Both the position numbers and the translations under genes were made by a program. A stretch of DNA of 64,000 nucleotides, from contig CANGGG010000006.1 in NCBI GenBank assembly GCA_947453415.1, forward strand, positions 2,129 through 66,128, given 5' to 3'. The notes under the pieces were generated by a model. The model saw nothing but the letters and a program-made list of their open reading frames with translations, was not told where the DNA came from and made no database searches. Positions 48,717 through 57,424 of the stretch are shown one piece after another. Position 1 is the stretch's first letter. The number at the start of each line of letters is the position of its first letter. Source of the stretch: Bacteroidota bacterium. GTDB lineage: Bacteria; Bacteroidota; Bacteroidia; UKL13-3.

Positions 48717-49567
48717 TTTGTTAGTTGTTTTGTTGGGTTAAAATTATAGAAAGCTGCTAAATTCCAAACTATCATAATTGCTGAGAAAAGGTATAAATTT
48801 AAGGCAATTGCAATTCCTAAATGCATCAATACAATAAAAAATAACCAGTAATTTGTTACTTTTTTTATCATTATTAATATATAGAACATTTCAAGAATTA
48901 TAACTGACCAAGATAAAATTGGAAATATTGTACTAAAATTTAAAAGTGAATCAAAATTGATTCTAAAATCATTATTAGAACTTGGCAATGTAATTGCCTT
49001 CCAAATTGCTTCACCATTCCTCCAATTATAACCTAGTAATTTATCGAATCCAGAAAAAAAATATGCAACTATTAGATGTATTTGAAGTATTCTTCTATAA
49101 AATAAATAATTAATTAACGATTGAGATGGAAATACTAATAAGTGAAAAAGTGACATACTTATAAAATAATCATAGCCATACATAAAATTTGGATTATTAT
49201 AATAGAAAGAAGTATGTAGAATAATCAATAAAAAGGAAATTCTTCTTGTATAAAATCCTAATATTAATGCTATGCAAAGTATTATATATATGATAAAAAA
49301 GAAAATAACATAGTATTCTTCTTTTACATTAATAAAGTTAATAACTTTAAATGTTGTTATAGTTGTTGGACTATTATATAAATTACAAACCTCTGAGGGT
49401 ATCAAACTATGAATGCCAAAAAGTTCTTTATAATCTGGAATAATTAAAACAAAATCTAAAAGTAAAAAAAAACCAACCATTATTCTAAAAAAGAAAATAA
49501 AATTGAAATTTTCTTTTCTTTGATTAAAAAACCAACTATTCCCAAGAACTAATATCTTTTCTATCAT
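48713..49567 (-). CDS. HTTM-domain membrane protein (SdpB / vitamin-K carboxylase N-domain-like)
   Basis: FRI..G, LILGFYTR, YGYD, QIHL..AYFFSGFDKL...W.NGEA, MHLGIA..LNLYLFS. Confidence 0.85.
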   Translation of the reverse strand: MIEKILVLGNSWFFNQRKENFNFIFFFRIMVGFFLLLDFVLIIPDYKELFGIHSLIPSEVCNLYNSPTTITTFKVINFINVKEEYYVIFFFIIYIILCIALILGFYTRRISFLLIILHTSFYYNNPNFMYGYDYFISMSLFHLLVFPSQSLINYLFYRRILQIHLIVAYFFSGFDKLLGYNWRNGEAIWKAITLPSSNNDFRINFDSLLNFSTIFPILSWSVIILEMFYILIMIKKVTNYWLFFIVLMHLGIAIALNLYLFSAIMIVWNLAAFYNFNPTKQLTK

Positions 49568-50138
49568 ATATTTTTCTTCTTATTAGTAGATGTTTTTCAT
49601 TGGAAAGTTCTTTAGACTTAATTTGAGAAAGTAAAGGTTTATGATATAAAAATAATTCACATATAACTTTCTTCATATTATTGTTCTTTTTCAATTCATT
49701 AATTGCAAGTCCTTTCATAAATATTGCATTTTTTTTATAATCAAAATCACTAGTATCTTGATTTTCATAATTGAGAAACATTGTCATAGCCGAATTTACT
49801 CTTTGAATAGATGTTTTACTTTTTAAGGAAATTTGATACTTTGTACTTATAATTAGATTATTAGAATCTATAAAAGTAAACTTTATTTTAAAATCACTAG
49901 CAACATTTGGAGCGAAAAATCCATATCCTGTTTCTAAACCTGTATAAGTTTTTATAGTATTTATAAATAAATTATTGTCTATAAAACTCAATTTATTATA
50001 AATTAAGTTTTGAGTTAACAACTGCTTTTTACCATAGAAATCATAGTATGTTGAAATTATACCCCTTATATTAACTAAAGTAGTAAGTGTAAAAAACAAA
50101 ACAATATAAGTGATAAGAAATAATTTATTTGATTTCAT
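49536..50138 (-). CDS. SdpA/DUF5819-like single-TM accessory protein
   Basis: One N-terminal TM; YTG.ETGYGFFAPNV ([WY]xFFAP-type motif); overlaps the HTTM gene; ATG at 50138 preferred over TTG 50156. Confidence 0.7.
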   Translation of the reverse strand: MKSNKLFLITYIVLFFTLTTLVNIRGIISTYYDFYGKKQLLTQNLIYNKLSFIDNNLFINTIKTYTGLETGYGFFAPNVASDFKIKFTFIDSNNLIISTKYQISLKSKTSIQRVNSAMTMFLNYENQDTSDFDYKKNAIFMKGLAINELKKNNNMKKVICELFLYHKPLLSQIKSKELSNEKHLLIRRKIYDRKDISSWE

Positions 50139-50152
50139 TATGATTTTGTTAT

Positions 50153-50188
50153 TCAAGCAATAGCTTTAAAAATAAAACTATTGCTTGA
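50153..50188 (-). terminator. Stem-loop between the putative precursor gene and the modification genes
   Basis: TCAAGCAATAG-N14-CTATTGCTTGA perfect 11-bp stem 10 nt after the 50198 stop. Confidence 0.65.
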
Positions 50189-50197
50189 GTAATCTTT

Positions 50198-50554
50198 TTA
50201 TAAATACTTTGCCATTAATTCATTAATTTCTGCTTTTACCTCTGGAGAAACAACCCATGTTTTAGTTGTAACAATTGTTTCTGAAAAATTAACTAAATTT
50301 ATTGATTTAGTAAAAATTCTTGTTTCTGTCTTCTCCTTTTTTTGTTTTGCACCTTCTGCATCTATCATAATAGCCTTTTCCTTCGCATCTAGTTCCATAA
50401 TTCTTTCTTTATCTTCTAAAGAAATTGAATTTTTTAAAGGAATATAATAATTCCCATTAGCTAATAAATCGACTTTTCCATTACCGTCATTTTTTTTAAA
50501 CGACATCATTGTTAAACCAATTAGGCTTAACGATAAAATTACTATTTTTTTCAT
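50198..50554 (-). CDS. Exported 118-aa protein, putative precursor/substrate of the SdpAB-like pair
   Basis: Signal peptide MKKIVILSLSLIGLTMMSF; first gene of the operon; Thr-rich segment at residues 76-99. Confidence 0.7.
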   Translation of the reverse strand: MKKIVILSLSLIGLTMMSFKKNDGNGKVDLLANGNYYIPLKNSISLEDKERIMELDAKEKAIMIDAEGAKQKKEKTETRIFTKSINLVNFSETIVTTKTWVVSPEVKAEINELMAKYL

Positions 50555-50709
50555 ATTTTTTTTGCGGTTGTAAAAACCTGCTGAAATTTTAATTCCGATA
50601 AATCGAAAGTTTAATTAAATAAAAATAATAAAACCTATACTCAATTATACTGCAGCTAAATTAGTTGGGTTTTGTGCTAGCAATTTTGGTGGTAAAAATT
50701 AAAATTACC

Positions 50710-50777
50710 TATTCATATTTGGATATTTTATTCATATATGAATAATTTATGTTTAATACAAATATAATATGCATATT
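50710..50777. promoter_or_regulatory. Candidate XRE operator sites
   Basis: Perfect palindrome TTATTCATATATGAATAA (50728-50745), imperfect copy TATTCATATTTGGATA (50710-50725) and AATATGCATATT (50766-50777) in the divergent promoter region. Confidence 0.55.
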
Positions 50778-50794
50778 TGAATATTAAAAGCATT

Positions 50795-51208
50795 ATGAGT
50801 AAAATAAATATAGAAATTGGTAAAAAAATAAAAATCAAACGACACGAAATAGGCTACAAACAAGAAAGTTTAGCCATAGAGTTAGGTATTTCACAATCGG
50901 CATTATCTCGCATTGAAAATGGCTCAGATAGTTTAGTAGTTGAAATATTATACTTATTAACTCAGGTTTTAAATACTCCAATTGGCTATTTTATCTCCGA
51001 CATAAATGGAGATTTATTTACAGCTATTTATTTGGAAAAAATTAAACTATTGGAAGAAATGTTATTAAAAAATGAAACCTTAATCAATCATCAAGTAAAA
51101 GTTATTAAACAATTAGAAGATCAAATCAAAGATTTGCAAGAAAAGGTATCACGAAAAAATAAAAAAATAGAAGAGTTAAAAGAAACAATTTCACATAAGA
51201 AAATTTAA
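50795..51208 (+). CDS. XRE-family HTH regulator with C-terminal coiled coil
   Basis: IGKKIK..R...GYKQESLA..LGISQSALSRIENG; heptad-rich C-terminus; ATG at 50795. Confidence 0.9.
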   Translation: MSKINIEIGKKIKIKRHEIGYKQESLAIELGISQSALSRIENGSDSLVVEILYLLTQVLNTPIGYFISDINGDLFTAIYLEKIKLLEEMLLKNETLINHQVKVIKQLEDQIKDLQEKVSRKNKKIEELKETISHKKI

Positions 51209-51215
51209 TTTATAA

Positions 51216-52076
51216 CTAAGCTTTCCTACAACCAATCATTCTATCGTTTTGGTTAATGTCTTTCAATAATAATAAGTCTTTAAATCCTTTATCTGCCAAC
51301 ATTTTAAACGTTTCCGCTCCAAAAACTTGGTTGATTTCAAAAAACAAAAAACCATCTTTCTTCAAATATTGCAAAGCATAATTAGCAATGGCTTCATAAA
51401 AAATGAGCGGACTATTATTGGCTACAAAAAGTGCTTCTTGAGGTTCAAAACTCAATACATTTTTACTCATAGTAAGTTGCTCCTGTTCCAATATATAAGG
51501 AGGATTGCTGACTATCACATCAAAAAACTGGGTGGTTTCTCCTTGTTGAATATTTAAAATATCGTCTTCAATAAATTGCACATCAGCATTTAAACTTTTA
51601 GCATTTTGCTTTGCAATGGTTAAGGCATTTTTACTTTTATCAAGTCCAAATACTTGCCAATGAGGAAAAGCCAATTTTAGTGAAATGGCAATACAACCCG
51701 AACCAGTTCCAATATCAATTAATTGTAAATTAGCAGTTTCATTTTTATAGTTTTCTTTTATCTTTTCAATTACCAATTCCACCAACTCTTCGGTTTCACT
51801 TCTGGGTATTAACACATCTGGTGTAACTGAAAATTTATTGCCATAAAACCAAGCATTTCCTAAAATATACTGAATGGGTTCATGGGTTAACAAGCGTTCC
51901 AAAATATCCATTAAGTTGGTTTCTTCTTCCTCACTTAAATCAATATTCAGTATTTTTATTTGATGTGGTTTTACCAACATTACTTCCTCAAACACATTAT
52001 TTGCAATGGCTTTTGCTTCCTCTAAATTATAAATAGTTTGAAGTTTTTCTAAGTAAAATTGATAAGCATTTTGCAT
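51216..52076 (-). CDS. prmC: Release factor glutamine methyltransferase
   Basis: EPIQYILG, VLIPRSETEELV, DIGTGSGCIA, SNPPYI. Confidence 0.96.
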   Translation of the reverse strand: MQNAYQFYLEKLQTIYNLEEAKAIANNVFEEVMLVKPHQIKILNIDLSEEEETNLMDILERLLTHEPIQYILGNAWFYGNKFSVTPDVLIPRSETEELVELVIEKIKENYKNETANLQLIDIGTGSGCIAISLKLAFPHWQVFGLDKSKNALTIAKQNAKSLNADVQFIEDDILNIQQGETTQFFDVIVSNPPYILEQEQLTMSKNVLSFEPQEALFVANNSPLIFYEAIANYALQYLKKDGFLFFEINQVFGAETFKMLADKGFKDLLLLKDINQNDRMIGCRKA

Positions 52077-52087
52077 GGATATTTAAG

Positions 52088-52175
52088 GATTTGGAGATTT
52101 GTTGATTGATTGATTTGTTGATTTGGAGATTTATTGATTTGGAGATTTGTTGATTTGGAGATTAGTTGATTTGTT
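52088..52175. repeat. Octamer tandem repeat (GATTTG[GA/TT]) x 11
   Basis: GATTTGGA GATTTGTT GATTGATT GATTTGTT GATTTGGA GATTTATT GATTTGGA GATTTGTT GATTTGGA GATTAGTT GATTTGTT. Confidence 0.92.
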
Positions 52176-52252
52176 GATTATAAATAAATATAGATTTTAA
52201 AGCATTTTACAGTGACATTTCTGTGAAATCTGTGTAATCTGTAGCTTCATAA

Positions 52253-52771
52253 TTAAAAATTTCTTCCCAAACTTGCACCAAACCAGTTGATGAATTTTTC
52301 ATCGCGGAAGAAAGGTGAATACGCAATTTTTAGTAGTGCTTTGTTGTTATCAACTACCCTGAAACCAAAAATAGCTGTAGGAAATACATCCCTATCAATA
52401 AAGTTTTTAGTTGCTAAAGTATAACCCGCACCAATTTCTAGTTTTTCTTTGCCTTTTCCCAAAACAATGCTTGAAGTAAAAGGCATGGCCACTGAATTTT
52501 GATCCAAATAAACACTGTTCAACAATCGGTATTCAATGGGACAATAACCAAAACCAATTCTGCCAGTTAAGGTAAATGAATGGTTATAGTTTCGGTACAA
52601 ATATTTTTCGTAATTGGCACTCCATAACAATGCTGCACCACCAAATTCCAAAAACCAATTACTCGTACCTTTAGGCTCTACATAAGGAATTACTTCCTCA
52701 TCGGTTTGAGCTTGTAAGTTATTTACTCCCCAAAAAAATAGTATAAAAATTGTGAATTTTAAACGTAACAT
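52253..52771 (-). CDS. Hypothetical small outer-membrane beta-barrel protein
   Basis: Signal peptide; FLEFGG....SANYE, LEIGAG, W.GASLG.NF with terminal Phe. Confidence 0.7.
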   Translation of the reverse strand: MLRLKFTIFILFFWGVNNLQAQTDEEVIPYVEPKGTSNWFLEFGGAALLWSANYEKYLYRNYNHSFTLTGRIGFGYCPIEYRLLNSVYLDQNSVAMPFTSSIVLGKGKEKLEIGAGYTLATKNFIDRDVFPTAIFGFRVVDNNKALLKIAYSPFFRDEKFINWFGASLGRNF

Positions 52772-52785
52772 TTGTGCAAGTATAA

Positions 52786-53610
52786 ATGAAGATTAGCAAG
52801 CTAAAAAACTTAATTTACTTTTTGCATTGGGGCAGTTTCGATATTTGCTTGGGTGTTATCAGTTTAATGCTGCCTTTGTACTTTCAAATTCACGTAAAAC
52901 CAACATTGGCGTGGTTTTTTATTTTACCAAGTTCAGTTTGGCTTATTTATTTTTTCGATCATTTGTTAGATACTTTAAAAACTAACGCTGTAATAAGTGA
53001 ACGACATGCTTTTATTCAAAAACATCAAACCAATTTTAAAATTATTGCAGCGCTTATTATTTTGACAAATACAATTTTGGTAATAAAATATTTCAGTTTT
53101 TATCATTTAGCCAAAAGCATTTGGATCGTTTTGACTTGCATCATTTATTTTCTGCTCAATTATTTTAAAATAAAATGGTTCATCAAAGAGTTTTTTGCAG
53201 CTATAATCTATGCTGGAGGAATTTGTTTTTATCCGTATGTAGTTAATGAAAAAAGTTTGTTTACTCAATTTTTTATCATTGCATTTTGCATGCAATTATT
53301 TGTGTTGGCTTTAATTAATTTACTTCAAATTTCCATTCGAGAAACCAATACCGACAAGGATTTACAAGTTAAAAATATTTCGAATGTTATTGGACAAAAA
53401 CTATCAAATTTGTTGCTAATTTTACTTTATTTTTTAGCAAGTTATTTGCTCATAAAATTCCAATTTTCAGTGTTTTTGTCTATCGGTTTTATTTGTTGCT
53501 TTGCAATTCATTTGCTTCATTTTACCAAACTCACTAATCAAAAATATAGAATGATAACTGAGTTTAGTTTTATGCTCATTGGAGTTATTTATTTGATAGG
53601 AAAAATTTAA
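52786..53610 (+). CDS. UbiA-prenyltransferase-like integral membrane protein
   Basis: WLIY..DHLLD...RH.F, IKE, Asp-containing loop; multiple TM helices. Confidence 0.55.
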   Translation: MKISKLKNLIYFLHWGSFDICLGVISLMLPLYFQIHVKPTLAWFFILPSSVWLIYFFDHLLDTLKTNAVISERHAFIQKHQTNFKIIAALIILTNTILVIKYFSFYHLAKSIWIVLTCIIYFLLNYFKIKWFIKEFFAAIIYAGGICFYPYVVNEKSLFTQFFIIAFCMQLFVLALINLLQISIRETNTDKDLQVKNISNVIGQKLSNLLLILLYFLASYLLIKFQFSVFLSIGFICCFAIHLLHFTKLTNQKYRMITEFSFMLIGVIYLIGKI

Positions 53611-54245
53611 AACCGAACTCCAAAAACAAAAGTGTTTATTGGATTAACAAATTGAACGAATGTTGGGTTGATTGCACCATCAAAAATTTCTCGATGAAAG
53701 CCAATATTTGTTTCAGCACTTAAATAAATATGATTGGTTGGATAATATTTTAAACCAAATCCAACGTTTGCGTTTAAATAATAGTGGGTTAAATCATAAC
53801 TATAATGACCACTTGAAGAAGAGTTATTATTAATCCAAGTATCAATCCCTTTGTTATTAAAATACCTATATCCCAAATCAATAAAGACAAATGGTTTAAT
53901 TTTTTTTTGCGAAAAAACTTTTTCTATACCTATTTTATAATCTTGCGTTTTAATCATTCCTGATGAGTATAACCAACCACCTTCAAAGAGCCAATCTTCT
54001 CCATTGTCGTTGTATGCTTCATTTTTATAATTTAATAATAATCGCAATAAATACCTATTGTTTAAATTCCTTTTGTATTGAAATCCACTTAATGTATAAT
54101 GCTTAACTCCTGGACTTATTTTTAAATTACCAAACTCATACTCATTGCCGTACAAATTAAGTCCTAATTCGTTTTTGGGAATTGTATTTTGAGCAAAACA
54201 GAATTTGCTAAACATCAACGCAACAACAAGTATTTTTAGTCTCAT
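53607..54245 (-). CDS. Outer-membrane beta-barrel protein
   Basis: Signal peptide; G.G.KYYP...LSAE; ends FGVRF. Confidence 0.7.
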   Translation of the reverse strand: MRLKILVVALMFSKFCFAQNTIPKNELGLNLYGNEYEFGNLKISPGVKHYTLSGFQYKRNLNNRYLLRLLLNYKNEAYNDNGEDWLFEGGWLYSSGMIKTQDYKIGIEKVFSQKKIKPFVFIDLGYRYFNNKGIDTWINNNSSSSGHYSYDLTHYYLNANVGFGLKYYPTNHIYLSAETNIGFHREIFDGAINPTFVQFVNPINTFVFGVRF

Positions 54246-54307
54246 AAAATTATTAATTGGTTACTCAAATATAGTTATTTGATCAATAAAGATTTCTTAA
54301 TAATTGA

Positions 54308-54727
54308 TTATTCGTCTAAATTTTTCAAATTTGTGTTTCGTAATTTCTTTGTATTCGATAAATTCTTTTTCTCCACTAATCGCTTCTCCACGCTTAATTT
54401 TGTTGGCTTGGTAGCTTTACGGAATTTCTTTATCACAAAGCATTTATTAATGATGGTGTATATTTTTTTAAGTGCTATTATTTTATTGGCTAACTGACTT
54501 CTTTCTGTTTGTGCAATTACTTGCAATATGCCTTCATTACTCAGTTTGTTTCCTAATTTCTCCAATAAAATGGCTTTATCATTCACCGAAAGATGAAATG
54601 AATTTTTGATATCAAAATCAATTTGAACTTTGGTTGCCACTTTATTTACATTTTGTCCGCCTGCACCTCCACTCCTACTGGTTTTAAATATAAATTCGTT
54701 GGTTAAAAATGGTTGTTCAAATTTCAT
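54308..54727 (-). CDS. arfB: Alternative ribosome rescue peptidyl-tRNA hydrolase ArfB
   Basis: SRSGGAGGQNVNKVATKV, RSQLAN, basic tail RKATKPT...KRL..KK. Confidence 0.93.
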   Translation of the reverse strand: MKFEQPFLTNEFIFKTSRSGGAGGQNVNKVATKVQIDFDIKNSFHLSVNDKAILLEKLGNKLSNEGILQVIAQTERSQLANKIIALKKIYTIINKCFVIKKFRKATKPTKLSVEKRLVEKKNLSNTKKLRNTNLKNLDE

Positions 54728-56346
54728 TACGCCCTAATTACTCCAGGTCTAAATTCTTTGGTTATTGGTGCATGGTTAGCCGCTTCTATGCCCATACTTA
54801 CCCATTTGCGTGTATCAACTGGATTTATAATAGCATCAATCCACAAACGTGCAGCTGCATAATAAGGTGAAGTTTGTTTGGTGTATCTGTCGGTAATAGT
54901 TTTTAATAAATCGGCTTTCTTTTCCTCGGTAATTACTTCACCTTTTCCTTTCAAACTTGCTTCTTCTATTTGCAATAAAACTTTAGCTGCTTGTGCTCCG
55001 CCCATTACAGCAATGTTGGCATTTGGCCAAGCTGCAATTAAACGTGGATCATAAGCTTTGCCACACATGGCATAATTTCCAGCACCATAACTATTACCAG
55101 TTATAATGGTAAATTTAGGAACCACAGAGTTAGCTTGCGCATTTACCAATTTAGCACCATCTTTAATAATTCCACCATGTTCGCTTCTGCTTCCAACCAT
55201 AAATCCTGTAACATCTTGCAAAAACAATAATGGAATTTTCTTTTGGTTACAATTCATAATAAAATGTGCGGCTTTATCGGCACTATCGCTATAAATTACA
55301 CCACCAATTTGCATTTCTACTGGATTGTCGGCAGCACTTTGTTTAGGTTTTTTAGCTTTTACCACTTGGCGGTTATTGGCCACAATTCCAACTGCCCAAC
55401 CATCAATTCTAGCATAACCGCAAGTAATGGTTTTACCATATAATTCTTTGTAAGCATCAAAACTATCAGCATCTACCAAACGATTGATGATTTCCATTAC
55501 ATCAAAAGGTTTAGTGAAATTAGCAACGGCTTCATAGACATCATCCATGCTTTTTGCGGGAGCCACCGGCTCAATACGGTTAAAGCCTGCTTTATCGTAA
55601 TCGCCAATTTTACTAATAATGCGTTTTATTCTATCTAAGCAATCCGCATCGTTGGCAAATTTATAATCAGTAACACCACTAATTTCACAATGAGTAGAAG
55701 CACCTCCTAGGGTTTCATTATCTATGTCTTCACCAATGGCTGCTTTTACCAAATAACTTCCCGCTAAGAAAATAGAACCTGTTTTATCTACAATCATGGC
55801 TTCATCGCTCATGATTGGTAAGTAAGCACCACCAGCAACGCAACTTCCCATTACCGCAGCTATTTGGGTAATTCCCATGCTGCTCATTACTGCATTGTTT
55901 CTAAAAATTCTTCCAAAATGTTCTTTATCTGGAAAAATTTCATCTTGCATGGGCAAATAAACACCTGCACTATCTACCAAATAAATAATTGGAATTTTGT
56001 TTTCAATTGAAATTTCTTGAGCGCGTAAATTCTTTTTGGCAGTGATTGGAAACCATGCACCAGCTTTTACCGTTGCATCATTTGCTACCACTATACATTG
56101 TTTTCCGCTTACGTAGCCCATTACCACCACAACGCCACCACTAGGGCAACCGCCATGTTCGGCATACATATCTTGCCCAACAAAAGCACCGATTTCTAAC
56201 TGAGGTTTATCTTTATCTAATAAATATTCTACCCGTTCACGCGCCAACATTTTGCCTTTTTCTTTTTGTTTGGCAGCCGCTTTTGCTCCTCCTCCTAAAT
56301 ATACTTTAGCTAAATTTTCGTTTAATTGGTGGACTAGTTCCTTCAT
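54727..56346 (-). CDS. Acyl-CoA carboxylase carboxyltransferase subunit (methylcrotonyl-CoA carboxylase beta-like)
   Basis: ANDATVKAG, LVDSAG, GSCVAGGAY, QDVTGFMVG, GNSYGAGNYAMCG, ARLWID. Confidence 0.92.
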   Translation of the reverse strand: MKELVHQLNENLAKVYLGGGAKAAAKQKEKGKMLARERVEYLLDKDKPQLEIGAFVGQDMYAEHGGCPSGGVVVVMGYVSGKQCIVVANDATVKAGAWFPITAKKNLRAQEISIENKIPIIYLVDSAGVYLPMQDEIFPDKEHFGRIFRNNAVMSSMGITQIAAVMGSCVAGGAYLPIMSDEAMIVDKTGSIFLAGSYLVKAAIGEDIDNETLGGASTHCEISGVTDYKFANDADCLDRIKRIISKIGDYDKAGFNRIEPVAPAKSMDDVYEAVANFTKPFDVMEIINRLVDADSFDAYKELYGKTITCGYARIDGWAVGIVANNRQVVKAKKPKQSAADNPVEMQIGGVIYSDSADKAAHFIMNCNQKKIPLLFLQDVTGFMVGSRSEHGGIIKDGAKLVNAQANSVVPKFTIITGNSYGAGNYAMCGKAYDPRLIAAWPNANIAVMGGAQAAKVLLQIEEASLKGKGEVITEEKKADLLKTITDRYTKQTSPYYAAARLWIDAIINPVDTRKWVSMGIEAANHAPITKEFRPGVIRA

Positions 56347-56518
56347 GAGTTGATTAAGTTATTAGTTAATAAGTTGAATAGTTTTAAAAACTAACAGCTC
56401 TTGCAGCAAAACTATCATTCAAAAAGGATTTTAAAAATAAAATTTATAACCAAATGTTTTTTTTTATTAATTTTTTTTAAAATTAATTTGTTTGGAAAAT
56501 AAAACTTGCACCAAATAA

Positions 56519-56550
56519 AATCGCCATTTATCAAATGATAAATGGCGATT
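56519..56550. terminator. Long hairpin/terminator after the lipoprotein gene
   Basis: AATCGCCATTTATCA-AA-TGATAAATGGCGATT. Confidence 0.75.
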
Positions 56551-56579
56551 AAAATTATTTCAATTGTGTAATATTAAAA

Positions 56580-57134
56580 TTAATTTGAACAAACACTTGA
56601 CGCAATTGATGGAAATATAGCAACTGCATTGTTAACCACAGTTTTTGTGCATTTACCAATATTTCCACAAGGAGTGCAGGCTAAAAGTTGTGGAACACAC
56701 CCTAATTGTTCGTTAGAACAAGCAGTAGTTGTACAGGTTACGGTAAACCCCGAAACAATCCAACAGGTTGGTCCACCTTGTTCCAATTCCAGTGTAGATT
56801 TAATTAATTCATTATTCATTGTTCCAGTGACTATTAAATAATATTTTGGAGATGCAGTTCCATCCGAAACAATTGCAATTTGATTTAATTGACAAGGACC
56901 TAAATCAGGTTGATTAGTAATAAAGTTTTGCCAATCATTTTTTAAAGATGTTGAATCAGCAACAAACGTTATAACACCGTTATTAATTTCAGCAATTACA
57001 ATAGTTGAATCATTTTCATTAATTAAAGAGGCTGTTTTTTCTGTTGAATTTTTATTTTCATTTTGATTGTTATTGCAAGCAATAAGTGTTATTGAAAATA
57101 ATAAAATAGCAATGTGTTTAATTTTTTGTTTCAT
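56580..57134 (-). CDS. Lipoprotein with Cys-rich C-terminal domain
   Basis: Lipobox LIAC; C-terminal CTTTAC...GC.P...CTPC...KCTKT. Confidence 0.75.
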   Translation of the reverse strand: MKQKIKHIAILLFSITLIACNNNQNENKNSTEKTASLINENDSTIVIAEINNGVITFVADSTSLKNDWQNFITNQPDLGPCQLNQIAIVSDGTASPKYYLIVTGTMNNELIKSTLELEQGGPTCWIVSGFTVTCTTTACSNEQLGCVPQLLACTPCGNIGKCTKTVVNNAVAIFPSIASSVCSN

Positions 57135-57410
57135 GACTTTTTTAGTTAATTTGATTAACGAATGTAACTTAATAAATTGAAATACAATGAATAAAATAAA
57201 ATTATCAATAATTGTTCAACGTTAGTTAACAAAAACCAGAAGGCTAATAATATTTATTGTGGAAATTTCATTATTTTTTATTGTTCAATAGTAAGTAAAC
57301 AATTGAAGGTTTTTAGTTGTATAAATAAACTATTTCCCAACTAATAATCAATGTATAAAAGCTTACTAAAACTTATTTGAAATAAACATTTGCATAAAAC
57401 ACAAAAATAC

Positions 57411-57420
57411 CTACTTTCGC
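57411..57420 (+). promoter_or_regulatory. Promoter of the SRP RNA gene
   Basis: TACTTTCGC (-7-like element) with TTTG at ~57389 (-33-like), directly before the RNA. Confidence 0.55.
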
Positions 57421-57424
57421 AGTC

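Noticed and set aside
44664-51208. Integrative mobile element
   Set aside because: No integrase, transposase, tRNA target or terminal att repeats recognised; foreign origin is inferred only from composition and gene content.
52088-52175. Possible CRISPR array or iterons
   Set aside because: 8-nt microsatellite without spacers; no rep or cas gene nearby.
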